Shown: positions 14,779 through 30,059 of the stretch, one piece after another
Numbering within the stretch: position 1 is the stretch's first letter
Layout of the letters: each line of letters opens with the position of its first letter
Assembly: GCA_964016885.1 (NCBI GenBank)
Contig: OZ024740.1
Location: 180,048,001 to 180,112,000, forward strand
Direction: 5' to 3'
Source: Eledone cirrhosa
Taxonomy: Eukaryota
Length of the DNA: 64,000 nt
The notes under the pieces: model-generated
Databases searched by the model: none
Told to the model about the DNA's origin: nothing
Seen by the model: the letters and a program-made list of their open reading frames with translations, nothing else
Position numbers and translations under genes: made by a program

Positions 14779-14849
<71 letters not shown>

Positions 14850-14852
<3 letters not shown>

Positions 14853-15340
14853 CGAAACATGAGTCAATTGCATGAACTCATAATCCTTTATTTACTGCTA
14901 TATATATATTTCGATGATAGCCATTGAATGGCTATGACCTCATCAGGCAGTTAGTCAGTTCTTAGATATGCCAGCTCTGTGTTTATAGTGTTGATGGTAT
15001 CAGAGCCTTGGGACATATGAGCTTGTTAGGAATAATTTAATGTTGTCAGCAGGAATAGTCTTAATTTTCATTGGTCAGTTTGTAGATACTAGTAAGGTTG
15101 GTATTTGACCTGAAAGATGCAGGTGGTGTTGTAAAGTTCAAACCGTCAGGCAAGATGACAATAGTTCCATATGACTGATTTTCTCAAAAAGCATTCCTGG
15201 TCAGATATATATTCAATTAAGGTTAATAATATGAAATAGATACTACACGTCATTCTTAAATTGAGAAATGTATGTGGAGTGGTGCTACTGAAAATTATGG
15301 TTAGAGTGGAACATTTACAAATAAAAAGACTTATGTAGAT
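14850..15340 (-). pseudogene. PLE GIY-YIG C-terminal remnant and 3' UTR
   Basis: Minus strand encodes ...ILPDGLN (TLxPxGLN-type C-terminus); hammerhead downstream. Confidence 0.55.
14894..14951 (-). ncRNA. Minimal hammerhead ribozyme
   Basis: rc: actgc-CTGATGA-ggtcatagccat tca atggctatcatc-GAAA-TATATATA-TA-gcagt. Confidence 0.82.
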
Positions 15341-15624
15341 TGGCTTGTACGTACACTCACACCCACCTCCGCAGACACACCCACACATCCCCACATACAA
15401 ATTGAGAAATTAATGTGGGGTTGTAATACTTAAAATAATGGCTAGAGTCAAATTCTTAGATAGTTTAGAAAATGTATATATATATAAGCAAAAGGGATAT
15501 TCAATATCTTGGTAATTCAACAAATATAAATGTTTATAACTTATTCAAAGCTCTCGACAAGTTTTCCGGAGTATAATATTCATTGATATTAAATAAATGG
15601 AAACAATATTTATAAAACCATATT

Positions 15625-15682
15625 TATTCTATTATATATATTTCAAGGGTACAAAAACTGTGGTACGCCCTCATCAGATATA

Positions 15683-15685
<3 letters not shown>
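15625..15685 (-). ncRNA. Hammerhead motif (TATATA loop-3 family)
   Basis: rc: tattatat-CTGATGA-gggcgtac...gtaccctt-GAAA-TATATA-TA-atagaata; same family as 9022 and 9532. Confidence 0.75.
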
Positions 15686-15736
<51 letters not shown>

Positions 15737-15947
15737 ATATTTGGGGAGGGTCATATTTGCGTAATATTGCCAGAATTAATAACAGAACACACTCACTGTT
15801 TGGTTGGTTTTCGCTTCTCGCTGTCTTTTATATATATATATCTGCGATCTAACTTACTCGGTCCTCAATGTTGCCATTGACTGACCGGCGGTCAAAAATA
15901 ATACAGATACAATATAGACACAAACACATATATAGTTTACATAATTT

Positions 15948-15987
15948 ACATAAATCTTTCGTTGCACATCTGCAACATCGTCAGTGG
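15948..15987 (-). ncRNA. Hammerhead-like motif in the pLTR of the large PLE
   Basis: rc: cca-CTGACGA-t-gttgca gatg tgcaac-GAAA-GATT-TA-tgt; stem I is weak. Confidence 0.6.
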
Positions 15988-16252
15988 TGTTCTATTCATT
16001 GTTCCTCCTGTTGTGTTGTATGTCTACGCCATTTTTTTTGTTCAGTCTGTCTATATATTTATTTATTTATTTGCTTGTTTGTTTATCTTATTTTATTTTG
16101 TCTTCTTTGCGCATGCGTTTGCGTGTGTGCATAGTGTAATGTGTGATGTGTGACTAGTGTGTATAGTGTTGTGTCTGCTGGGTGACTAGTGTGTGTTTAT
16201 GTGCTTGTGTATGTATTTATTTATCTTATTTTATTTAATTTTATTTACTTAT

Positions 16253-19200
16253 TTATACTTCTCTTAGGTCAGTGTTGTTTGTTTGGGTGTTGTTGTTGTT
16301 CCACTCATTCTTTCTGTTTAGCTTTGGTCTTCTAATTTCTATTTCACTGGCCTCTCTGATTTGCCTATCTGCTGGGTCATTCCTATGTTTAGATATTATT
16401 CTAATTTCTATGTTGTCTATGTTACCGTCATGTTGTTGTCTAGCATGTTCGTATAGTACTGACCCGTTTTTTCGTCCTTTTAGTTCCCCCCAGTGTTGGT
16501 CTATCCTTTCACCTATGCTACGAGCTGTCTCACCTATGTATGTTGTTGTCATGTTTCTGCAAGTACCCTCTGTACATCTTATGCTATAGACTACGTTTCT
16601 AGTTTTACAGTTTATCCGGGGGTTCACCTTACATATGATACATTTCCTATTGGGACAGTGGGTTTTCTTAAAAGGGTAGGTTTTACTGATCAGGGATTTT
16701 ATGGTGGTTCCTGGCTTTTCTACCACCTTTATTTTTAAGTGGGTCTTTCTCAAGGCCTTTCTACACTGGTTAGCTAATTTCCCTCCAGGGGTGGCGTCCA
16801 CAAACATGACACTCTGGTATCTCTGGTTGTCGTACCATGATGTGGCCTTCCCTATCTTATGTCTAGCCCTATCTAAGCTATTCCATGATTTGCTCCTGTA
16901 TAGTGGGCAAATTCCTTTCATGTCCAGTTCTATGAGGGTCTTATACTTTTCCATGGCTCCTTCGTATACTCTGACTCTGTCTCTTTGGTTGTAGCCAGAG
17001 AACTGCATGCGGTTGATGAAGTGTTGGATGTGTCCTTCCATTTCTGTTGGGTCGCACATGCTGGACACATTCTTCATCACTCGTACCAAATCTGCGATCA
17101 GAATATTAAACTTAGCACTACTGGACATTGCTGAGTTTTTGAGTATCAGGTATTTGGAGGCCATGGGTTTAGCATAGTGTGAGTGGAGAATTTGGGCTCT
17201 CTCGTCTATAGTGTTAATCCAGAGTTCTGTGTCTAATACAGGTAGTCTATTGTTAGGGTGTTTGGAAGGGAAGTCTATAGTTACAGTTATACTCTGGTGT
17301 ATGGAATTAGCTATCTGCTGGATGCTTTCCATCGTGCTACGTTCTAAATCAAACTTGTTAGTGCTCTCTAGTGGGGGTGTTCTTATAACTATATTGATAT
17401 CGTCTACATAACGAGAGTACATGATGAGGTCTATGGAGCTTTCATTAAGGAGATCTTTAAGTCTCCTTTCCCACCATACCATGAAAAGGTTGGCAACATC
17501 ACCAGCTATGCTGACGCCGATGGCTGCTCCCTCATTTTGGGTGTAGATTTTCTCATTGAACTTAAATATGTGGCCCTTTAGGGTAGTTTTGATACTAGCC
17601 CCTATTGCATGTGCGACCATTTTTCTTACCTGATCAGTGTTTTGGGGGGTCCGTATAGCTTTGGTCCACCCAATCCACCTTCCTATGAGAGTCTTTTTAG
17701 CCATTGAGGTTATGGTGGGGGGTCTACCTCTTATAGGTCTACTAGGGCAGAAACATCTAAGGTCATGGCTGTCTAGGTAGTCAGTATCGTAGGTAAGTCT
17801 AAGTAGGAGGCCTAGTTCGTCTGTGTCGACGTCGCAGAACTCCACCTCACTCTCAATGATCATCTCCACACATCTTTTCACAGCAAAATCAATGTTAATG
17901 GATGGGTACAGTGACACCACATCCATGCTGCCTATTATGCAGTTGGATAGGCTCCTGTTTTTGTTGCACTCACTGATTCTGCTGAGGAGGTCCTCTGTAC
18001 TTTAACATACATCTGGGGACATCTTCATTATGGGGCGTATAACCATTGAGAGGAAGTAGGAGATCCTGTAGTTGCTAGCTATATTAGCTCCGCATACGGG
18101 TCTTGTTGGTGGTCCTGTTGTCGGGTCGTCGACTGTCTTGTGGTCTTTGCGGAGCCCATACAAGGGTGGTATGCCATTGTTAGACGCCTGGAAGTTGTTG
18201 GCAGTGCGTCTGCTTGGCTTTAGGATGTCAGTCCACATCATCATGTGAGCGTTGAGGATTTTTTCTCTCCCATCGTGTGTTAGTTGTGCAACTTCGCTCG
18301 TGTTGGTGATGTGGGGTTGCATTGCCTCGATGTAGTTCGGCATGCTATCTATTGACATCCTACCAGACTTATTTGTGGGTAGACACACTACCTCACCATC
18401 CCTTGTGCGCTGCTTGAGGCTAACCAAGCCTTCTACAGGTTTTATCCCAAGTTGTTGGGCCTCTGGTCTGCTCTGTCTCCTAGTGTACCTGTCTACTACT
18501 TGTCTAATCTTATTTCTAGCTATGGTGAACTGTGCCTCCGTCTCGTCATCTATTTGCTGTGGTATGCAAACTCTTTTATTAAAGGGTAACCTCGTAGGAT
18601 AGATATACCCATCTTATATGTTTTGTCAGCTGGGTTGAAAAATAGTTTCTCTAAGGGGTTGTCGTTATTTCTATCGTCATAGTTGTGTGTGTTGCTATTA
18701 TTGTTATCATGGTGGTTGTTGTTGTTTCTATCATTAGCATTAATATTATTATTGTTATGATTGCTAGATGTATTGTTGTTTACTTCACCGTTATTGTTGT
18801 TTTTGTTACTGCTATTTCTACCATTGTGGTTGTTACTCTTATTATGTTTCTTGTTTTTGTTGATGCTGCTACATGTACTATTTCCATTATTACCACTGTG
18901 GTTATTGTTGTTGTTGTTGTTCGTATTGTTACCGTTATTACTACTGTGGTCACTGTTGCTGTGTCTGTGGTTAACGTTTCTATTATTATTATTATTGTGG
19001 TTGTTGTTGTTCTGTCTATCGCTAGTATTATTGCCATTATCACTATTTCTCACTTTCCTGCCATTGTTATGGTTATGGCTGTTATTTCTATACCCAGAGT
19101 TATTGTTTATATTACTACTACCGTTATTATTGCTGTTGTTGTTTACCTTTGCATTCCAACGTATTTTTGTGAAACATTTTTCCAGCTCCGTTTTGCATTC

Positions 19201-19635
19201 CATAGGGTTAATCTTTTTGTAGATGGCAAATTTTGGTGGTAACTTTAGGATTTGTTGTTCTTGTTCACTGATTAAAGTATTCCCATAGATATTTACTGTG
19301 TGGTCATTGGTAAATTCTTCCGGTAGTTTTACATCACTCATACGGATGTTGTCGATGTTATCTGGGTATTTTTGAGAATATTCGATTTTCCTTTCTTGTA
19401 GTTTTTTCTTATTCATCCATTCTAATTTCTTCTTGAAATGCCTACAGCATTCGTTTTGAGCATATTTCGTTTCGCGTCGGATGACGCTCATGAAGTCATC
19501 TCTCTCGTTTGCTGTGATGAGATTTCGGATTTCCTTACCGTTGATGCGTTTTTGTCTGTAGAGTTTTGTGTATGTTGTTCTTTTCATATTAACTGTTATT
19601 GTGTGTTTTAGCCGTTCAGCTTGTGTTTTGTTCAA
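16253..19635 (-). pseudogene. PLE polyprotein: N-terminal domain, Asn-rich tract, reverse transcriptase, GIY-YIG endonuclease; one frameshift (~18600) and one in-frame stop (18002-18004)
   Basis: RT motifs GLRKDHK, PTRPVCG, MDVVSLYPSI, QNEGAAIG..ANLFM, YSRYVDD. Linker CPNRKCIIC. Endonuclease VVYSIRC..C..YIGETARSIGERIDQH..EH..REASEI. ORFs 18427-18002 and 17926-16253 are in the same frame. Confidence 0.93.
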
Positions 19636-19971
19636 TAATAAATTATTTACTTGTTTTGATATGTTTGTTGTGTATGACGATGTTGCAGATGTGCAACGAA
19701 AGATTTATGTAAATTATGTAAACTATATATATGTGTTTGTGTCTATATTGTATCTGTATTATTTTTGACCGCCGGTCAGTCTATGGCAACATTGAGGACC
19801 GAGTAAGTTAGATCGCAGATATATATATATAAAAGACAGCGAGAAGCGAAAACCAACCAAACAGTGAGTGTGTTCTGTTATTAATTCTGGCAATATTACG
19901 CAAATATGACCCTCCCCAAATATAACAATATCTGTTTCGACACACGATTTCATATAAAAAAAACCTCGCAA

Positions 19972-20049
<78 letters not shown>

Positions 20050-21623
20050 GTGTGTGTGTGCAAATGTGTGTGAATGTGTGTGGGTATGTGAAATCTCAGC
20101 AATAAGCATCACGAGTTCAATTTAATGAGTCACTTTGTCACAATAATTAATGTTATTGTGATGGTGCATAGTGCTTAGAAAAACAAGCAATGTTGTTTCA
20201 CGCTACGTATATTAGTGCTAAATTGATTGTGTAGATATGAAGTTAGCAACTTGTTTCTGTATAAAATGTAGCTCCAAGGACACAGACAACACCACGTTAG
20301 ACTATTCTTATTTTAGTAATTTCCATCGAAAGAAGGGAAAAGCAACATATTCTCTCCATTAATCACACGAAAATTAATCGGATTGAAATTTATATTTGTG
20401 TGTATTGAATGTGTGAGGGTCCGTATTTCCCATTCGAATACTAAACGGTTAGCAAGTAGTCAGTATTTCACGTCAAATTTATGAAATTAACATGTACCTG
20501 CAGATTTTAATCATCAGATCGCAACATAGTTGTTATTCTTTATTTTTTGTATATGTTTTGCTGAAAGCTATTTCGTAATATATACTTATTCTTTCGCCCT
20601 TTTCTACAATAGACACAACGACAGCACCAATCACCACAGGAAAAGTTTTATTTACGTTTATTTTCCTGTTTTCTTTGTGAAATGTTGTGGCATTGGACGC
20701 ACATATATGGAATTACTAAAGAATTTTCAATAACGTAAATTTCATCCATTCACATGAAAGAATAAATGGGGAAAACATTATGTGTAAACAATTGCAATCC
20801 GTTCTTTTCCTGATCTAATCAGATTTGACAAAAGAAATACTAAATTAACACCCCCAAAACACAGAACATATTTAACGCATGTAAGCAAGTTTTAAATGAA
20901 GAAACTGTTAGATTTATGCGAACTTAATTAAACTTTTTTTAATTCCCTCACAGAATACATTCAATTTCGTGAATAAAAGAAACATTCCATGAAAAGTTTG
21001 GTTGCATAAATTCGTGGTTTGTTAGATGTTGTTCGCTGGTTACATTCTTATTTATTTTGCACCTTGATGTCTGAACGTGTCTTTCCATCGTTTTATTATC
21101 TTTCTCACATCCACCCGTTTCTTTTTTTTCTTTTTATTTTACTCTATTTTTATATTCTCGCACGATTCTTGTTTACATCGGTTTGCTCTTCTTATCTGTA
21201 TTGTAATATATTCTTCCTTGTATTAAACGCATACATGCTTAGATAGATCTCCTTATTTCTTTGATATCTATATGATGGCTAGTCTAATTATAGAAATGTC
21301 AACATGCGATATGGTATATCTTCAATGATTTCAAGAGTGGAAGCTAGTGTATAATTGGATATTAAGTCATGTCAAGTTCATTTGTGTAAGTAGGATAACC
21401 AGTTTGGGGACTCTTTCAACTGGGTTGATTCACTTGCTAGAAATATTAAGCAAAACTCTCTGTAACAAATCCAACATTTTAAGAAGCTTCAACTTCTTAC
21501 AGTTTTGAGATAGTCTCTCGTAAAGTATTCCTTGGAGGAAAAGCAAAAGAGCAATCGCTTGCATACCTTTCATCACAGGAATGTTTGCTCACGCATAAGT
21601 TACGCCTAAATAACTACAAACTA

Positions 21624-21815
21624 GCAGTGGATTGGTAGTATCGGTAGAGGGCTGGACGCCATGCTTTGACACATAGAGTTACGGCTCTTGCCATCTCTGA
21701 GTTCAAATCCCACCGAGATTAATTTTCCCTTTCATCATTACGGGGTCGATAACATAATGTACCAGTAATGCGCTGATTAATTGCTGGTCTTGTGCCAAAA
21801 GTAGAACTAATTATA
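21624..21815 (+). mobile_element. tRNA-SINE with Nin-like core
   Basis: tggtagtatcgg A-box, gagttcaaatcc B-box, ctttcatcattacggggtcgataa core. Confidence 0.8.
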
Positions 21816-22844
21816 TTATTTATCTTCTGTAATATTATCACTGGTGGGTCAATTGATACAATGACATTGGATTAAGTCATATCACAACCATGACAATAAT
21901 GTGTGATATTTTCCTACATGATCTAATTTACTTGAGTTAAGAGCTTTGCAAGGCAATCAGTACAGGGTCTGCTAGGACTAAGGTCAACATGCCATTTAAA
22001 TAAAAACCTACCTACTTAGAACAAAGCGCTGTGTACAAGGTAATCTTAACTTTATCTAAGAAAAAAGCCGAATAGGTTGCAGCTGATAAAGATTTGATAA
22101 TAGATCTAACCAATCAAATTCAATGAGTAGTCAAATACGATTACCAATGCGCTAGTCTTGAGGAAATTTTCCGGATTGCGACATTCAATATACATTCAAT
22201 TATGCTTCAAGGAGATATAACAGTTTCCCTTTTCAGAGTATATGAAATGGGCAAGTGAAAGACAAATATTTCAACATTATCAATACGAAAACAATTTTCA
22301 CAATATTAGTCTGTGTAATATATTCATAACATTTGTGTGACAAGATATCACATCCGTATAGTCAAAGGAATGGAATCCTATCAAAGAAAGTACAGCAAGA
22401 ATATTTTTAATACACGCTTATAATAGCTTCACGAGATGAACATGTATCTGCACATTCTGGGGAAATTGTTTAACACTTTAGCGAATGCAAAATATTATCT
22501 GAGGATATTATATTTCAGCGTTACATATAGAAAATGTTCAGCTACCTATAGATCTCTGCAAATAACGTAGTTGAATATATTCAATGAACATTAGTGTTGC
22601 GCTCTATATATACATAGATTTGCAGATATTTCGTGATAGTGTTTCCCTGCCACAATAACAGAAATATCTATATATTATTAAATATTTTAGATAGGATACA
22701 TCTGGAACTAGTTTCCTCATCTTTGTATTTTGTTGTTTCTCAATACTTATTTTCACTTAATGTTTAGATATGATGAGCGTCAACATAATACAATTGTTTT
22801 TATTTTATTGGAAAGTAAAACCAATGGTTTCATTAGGATTAATA

Positions 22845-23027
22845 ATTGTTTCTACTTTTGGCACAAGGCCATCAATTACCCAGTGCATTACTGGTACTTT
22901 ATTTTATCAACCCCGTAAGGATGAAAGGCAAAGTTAACGTTGGCGGGATTTGAACTCAGATCATAAAGGGGCGTAACTATGTACTGCAAAGCATAGCGTC
23001 CGACCCTCTAGCGATACTGCCAATCCA
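22845..23027 (-). mobile_element. tRNA-SINE with Nin-like core
   Basis: Same family as 21624 and 40048 (ggatgaaaggcaaag...gggatttgaactcag). Confidence 0.85.
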
Positions 23028-23139
23028 AATAATGGGAGAGATGTCTAAAGGGAACGATTGAGCTGCATCTTTAATGCGGGATTTCTAAGGGCGTCACATC
23101 TGGGATACTGAGAAGAGAAACGGTAAGTTAACTTATGCT

Positions 23140-23207
23140 GGGTATCAACTACAGGGTATTAACTTGGGTATCAACTTGGGTACTACTTGTGTATCAACTT
23201 GGGTATG
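23140..23207. repeat. 12-bp tandem repeat (gggtatcaactt) x~5
   Basis: Direct inspection. Confidence 0.75.
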
Positions 23208-23462
23208 AATATAGTAGACAATTGTCAGAAGGAAAGAGAGATAATGTGTGTTACATATGAGTCAGGAAAAAGTTCTAGCAACATTGTAATCAATTATAAC
23301 TCACTTAATTCCTATAAGATGAGTTAAAATTATAGTTGCATAAGAGGAGTAGGAATGTCACTTCGTGGTTTGAACACCTAGCCGAGGTTTTCTGTAACTT
23401 ACAAGTAATATTGGCAAGAAAAGCCCTGTTCCTTGTACAAGGACAACACAGCTAAAAGATGA

Positions 23463-23522
<60 letters not shown>

Positions 23523-24719
23523 TGACAACTAGAAGTGAGATTAAAATTAATTGTTAATGCTTTGATATCTTTCATATCCTTTCATATCTTTATTTAGGTT
23601 AAGTTATTTGTCTATTTATATATTTTAAATAGGAGACCAACCTAGGTTCATACTCATTCGATTTTAAGTGGGAAGATTACTGTTGGAAAGAGTTTCCTAT
23701 TTTCACTAGATAATACAATCCATATTAGCTTCAGAATATTAACTTACTCAATTTGATACACTTGATATACTAACACAGGAAGCTTGTTAATGGAATTAAT
23801 TTTCAATTGTTTAAAGTATTAAATTTTAATTTGCATATTAATATTTTGTGTGGAAATTGATTATATAGCCAAATTTTAGAAGCAATTATACTGCAAAGCT
23901 TTAGAAATGGTTTCAATATAAATATCCTCGACATGATCTAAAGTGTATTATTCATTCGTATTAAACATAGAATTTAAAACATATTAGCTTTACGTTTCAA
24001 ATATAAGCATATCAGATATTAATTCATAAACCTCGTTATACGATGATATACGTGTTGTAATATTTCAGATTATTTAATAATATATCAGACATACAGATAA
24101 ACATTTGTATTGTTGAATAGGTATGCTTTTTATTTTAGTTAGGTACCTATTAAATATAACATTTAGCATATACATATCATTAGATAGACACTTGCTTTCC
24201 AAAATACTTGAATATAACAGCAACACGGTACGGAAATCCTTTATATATATATGGAATGTAGAATGGTGTCACAGGAGTTGATATATATAAACAAATAGTA
24301 AACAAATTCGTTTGCCCACATACATTCCAGTAATAATTAGCAGGTACTATATGTTATGCCCTGGCGTTGAATGAGATATCATGTTGGACGTGAGTTCGGA
24401 TGGAAGGATTGTGTTATATAGTTCAAAGTTTTGTTAGTTTTGCAAAAAGCATTCTCACCATAGAAATTAATATACAATTCGACCAACGCACCACCGTTTT
24501 CATCCTGTTTGGCGAGAATGACGTTACGGCAAACCATTTGGCGGGATGTGTATGGTTCTTCTCAGAAGACCTTGAGATGACGAGTACGATTTTGCACGTC
24601 AAATTGATCGGCCATGATTGCTAATAACGTCAATGTTTGCGAGTTGCCTGGGTTTGGTGACAAATTGTGAGAAAATATCTGAGTTTTTATATCTATATAT
24701 TTGTCTATCTCTCTATCTC

Positions 24720-24831
<112 letters not shown>

Positions 24832-24838
24832 TATATAT

Positions 24839-25203
24839 TATTCAAAATATTAACAGAGGAAAAATATTCTCATAATCAACAGATATACTTTATTATATAT
24901 ATTTCAAAGGTAATGTGGTGTTTTTTCAGTACGTCCTCATCAGACGAAATATATGATTTGATACAATACTGGAATTGAATAATCAAGAACCGTAGCGGTA
25001 TGTCATATATCAAATCATATATTTTGTCTGATGAAGACGTACTGAAAAAGCAACACAGTACCTTTCAAATACATATAATAAAGTATATATCTTGATTATT
25101 TGAATATTTTCCATTTGTTAATATTTTGAATACCATTAAAAACTCTAGAAAAACTCTTTCTGTTCAGTACTTCTAATCAACGAACCATACTAATCTTTGG
25201 TTT
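24839..25203. mobile_element. Fold-back PLE 3' ends with a hammerhead in each arm
   Basis: Arms 24839-24963 / 25008-25132. Minus hammerhead (24885-24952) CTGATGA...GAAA-TATATA-TA is intact; plus copy (25020-25087) has GAAA>CAAA. Confidence 0.85.
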
Positions 25204-25227
25204 TATATATATATATATATATATATG

Positions 25228-26216
25228 TGTGTTCCAATTGGAAATGATCAAGTTAGCTAGGTTGAAAAAAATACTAATTTAAAACAAAATGGTTTGCCTG
25301 ACTCGATTTAAATAATACATCAATAACAATAACAAACCTATACTGGGAAATAGACTGATACTCATGAGGCTAAAAATAGCAGCCGGGTTTATGAGACTAA
25401 AGTTAGCTCTACATAAGGAGCCGAGAATATCATAGATTGAGTTAGAATCTCAAAATAGTATTTTACAATTAAATAGCTCAAAGAAGGGAATCTTTCCGAG
25501 CTGTGTAATATAATTGGATATATGAGGGGGATGAACACCGATATAAGTATACGTGTGTTCCAATTGCAAATGACCAAGTTAGCTAGGTTTAACAAATACT
25601 AATTTAAAACAATATGGTTTATCTCATATATCCAATTATATTACACGGCTCAGAAAGATTGCCTTCTTTGAGCTATTTAATTGTAAATGACTATTTTGAG
25701 TTTTAACTCAATCTATGATATTCTCGGCTCCTTATGTAGAGCTAAGTTCAGTCTCATAAACATGGCTGGTATTTTTAGCGGCATAAGTATGAGACGCGCT
25801 AGACGCTGCAACATGTGCTTTTATATCAGCATATCGTTTAGTCTTCTTAGATCCTTTGAAGTGAAAGGTACGAATTTTCCTGGATAAACGCAGAAGAGTA
25901 CAGGAATTCTGGATTTCACTTAATAATTCTTGCGCAACAGATTTAGGTCTGTCCGGGTATCACAGGCTATTGCCCGATATTTTTTTTTATTTTTTTTTAT
26001 TGATTTATTACTTTAAATCGAGTCTGGCAAACCATTTTGTTTTAAATTAGTATTTGTTAAACCTAGCTAAGTTGGTCATTTGCAATTGGACCACATGAAT
26101 ACTTGTATCTGTGTTCATCCCTCTCCTATATCCAATTATATTACACGGCTCGGAAAGATTCCCTTCTTTGAGCTATTTAATTGTAAAATAATATTTTGAG
26201 TTTCTAACTCAATCTA

Positions 26217-26220
<4 letters not shown>
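25228..26220. mobile_element. TA-flanked element with nested direct and inverted duplications
   Basis: 25228-25295 is repeated at 25554-25620; 25623-25720 is repeated at 26122-26220; 25623-25780 and 26010-26220 are reverse complements of parts of 25228-25620. Confidence 0.7.
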
Positions 26221-26270
<50 letters not shown>

Positions 26271-27374
26271 TTGTGTATGTGTGTGTGTGTATGGAGAGAT
26301 AGAGAGAGCGAGAGAGGGGGACAGAGGGGGAGGTATATAAATATACACACACACACGTATATATACATATATATGTGTATGTGTGTGTATAGAGAGTAGA
26401 GGAGGAAAAACCAAAGGAAGGTAGATAAAGAGTGCGAGAAGCAGAGAAAGCGAGTGAGATTCATGTTCATGTCAAACACTATAATATATTTTCTTTCTTG
26501 CTGACATGAAATATTTTGCAAACTTATACTATTTTGTTTTTGTTTGAAATATTCGTATATACGAATCTCTTTTCTCTTATAAAGCAGAAAATACAAATTT
26601 ACTATGAAGGTATACCAAAGAAATGTGTCTTTATTTTTTCCCTTTAATGATTAATGTATATTGCATACATCAAATATTTTGTTGCTATAAAAGAAGATGT
26701 TAGTGTTTCAGGAGTTTGCTTTGTATTTTGGGGGAATTCTATTCTTGTAGTTATTTGCTTATTGATTTTATTCATTCCTGTATTTACATTTCGTATGTTA
26801 CATGATTAAATGGAAAACACGAATGCAGCATATAGTGATCAGATGCAGTGCTAAGATATCGATGGATCACTTTGAAGTTGTAAACTATAGCTCCTGCTGA
26901 CCTATATGCGTAGCATCTCCATGACTTTCCTATTCTCCTTCGCCTTTCTTTAAAAGAGGTAATCTAAGCAAACAACAAACTACTCTGATAAATCCTCTTA
27001 ATCTTACAGAGAGTGTGACAACTGTTTAAATAGCCAGACATGTCATTTCCACTAATCTAGTAGCGTATATTTATTATTAAGTAGGCTGAACCAAATACAT
27101 TTTAATGTACTGGCATAGCTACAGTTCAAAACGGATTATTGTAAGGCAACTTGTTAATTCTTTACGTGTTATAATGTATCACAGCATGTGATCTGGAACA
27201 CCTCGAAAATGCTAAGTGCATTAACGTCTGTCTCACATTATAGCTAGGTCACTATATTTTCAATGTTGGGTGGGTAATTGAAAGAATGACACTGCAACAT
27301 GACAGATATATAGTTTATTTGACTAGACTGCGGAATGAAAGGTATTTAACTGGTATTGCATTGTTTTTCGTGAT

Positions 27375-27530
27375 GAATTGGCAGATTACTTACAACAGTG
27401 GATGGCATCATTTGTGGTATTTGTTTCGTCTTTCTACTCACTGAGTTCAAATTCGACCATGATCAACTTTGGCTTTCATCCTATTAGGGTCGATAAAAAT
27501 GTACCAGTCTACTACTGGGGTCAATTCTGC
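27375..27530 (+). mobile_element. Degenerate Nin-core tRNA-SINE
   Basis: ctgagttcaaatt...gctttcatcctattagggtcgataaaaatgtaccag. Confidence 0.7.
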
Positions 27531-28043
27531 CTTTATATAATTGTCACTGTTCCATTCCCTCATGCTCGATTCTTCTTTGGAAGAAATCTCTATTCCGGCC
27601 TTGAGAGACGGGGGGCTTCGCCAGGTATTCAAATTCCCTAGGAACGCCGTATATCAATACGGCACATCTATCACTCCTACGATATTTACGACACCATACA
27701 TGTACATTTTATCTGACTGCACACATTTACAAGTATTGTTTCGTTCTCATTTCTCTAAGATTTATGACACTCTCAGGTTTTAAGAAAAAAGGTAAACCGA
27801 CTGGAAGATGATATATACTCTATTCATTTTATTTCTCTATGTTTGCCTTATTTTCACCAACAGATTCCGTCATGATCGTGGCATCAACAGGTTCTATTAA
27901 CAACGTCTTACTTCCAGGCCCGATAGTTAGTGAAGCTTGATAGATACAGGATCATTACACACACCCACACACACACACACACACACACGCACATACACAC
28001 ACACATAACACAAACACACACACAAACACACACACACACATAA

Positions 28044-28121
<78 letters not shown>

Positions 28122-28130
28122 ATATATATG

Positions 28131-30050
<1,920 letters not shown>

Positions 30051-30059
30051 TATATATCC

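Larger units (their letters stand above)
14230..14780. mobile_element. Non-autonomous hammerhead element (retrozyme-like), partial tandem plus inverted copy
   Basis: Direct repeat 14231-14297 / 14553-14619. 14619-14780 is the reverse complement of ~14275-14443. Hammerheads on both strands. Confidence 0.8.
15730..19974 (-). mobile_element. Near-intact Penelope-like retroelement (Neptune/Nematis-type linker) with inverted pLTR ends, inserted in (TA)n
   Basis: RT + GIY-YIG ORF; 15730-15983 is the near-identical reverse complement of 19675-19930; (TA)n on both sides. Confidence 0.95.

Noticed and set aside
18685-19242. Hydrophobic Leu/Val/Ile-rich ORFs resembling membrane proteins (also 44118-45901)
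   Set aside because: Antisense of Asn/Thr-rich tracts in retroelement ORFs.
15730-19974. TIR DNA transposon
   Set aside because: Encodes RT + GIY-YIG rather than a transposase; the inverted repeats are 3' UTR/pLTR copies.
23040-23130. Possible host exon ending in G|GTAAGT
   Set aside because: No convincing acceptor or recognisable peptide; cannot be supported without RNA-seq.
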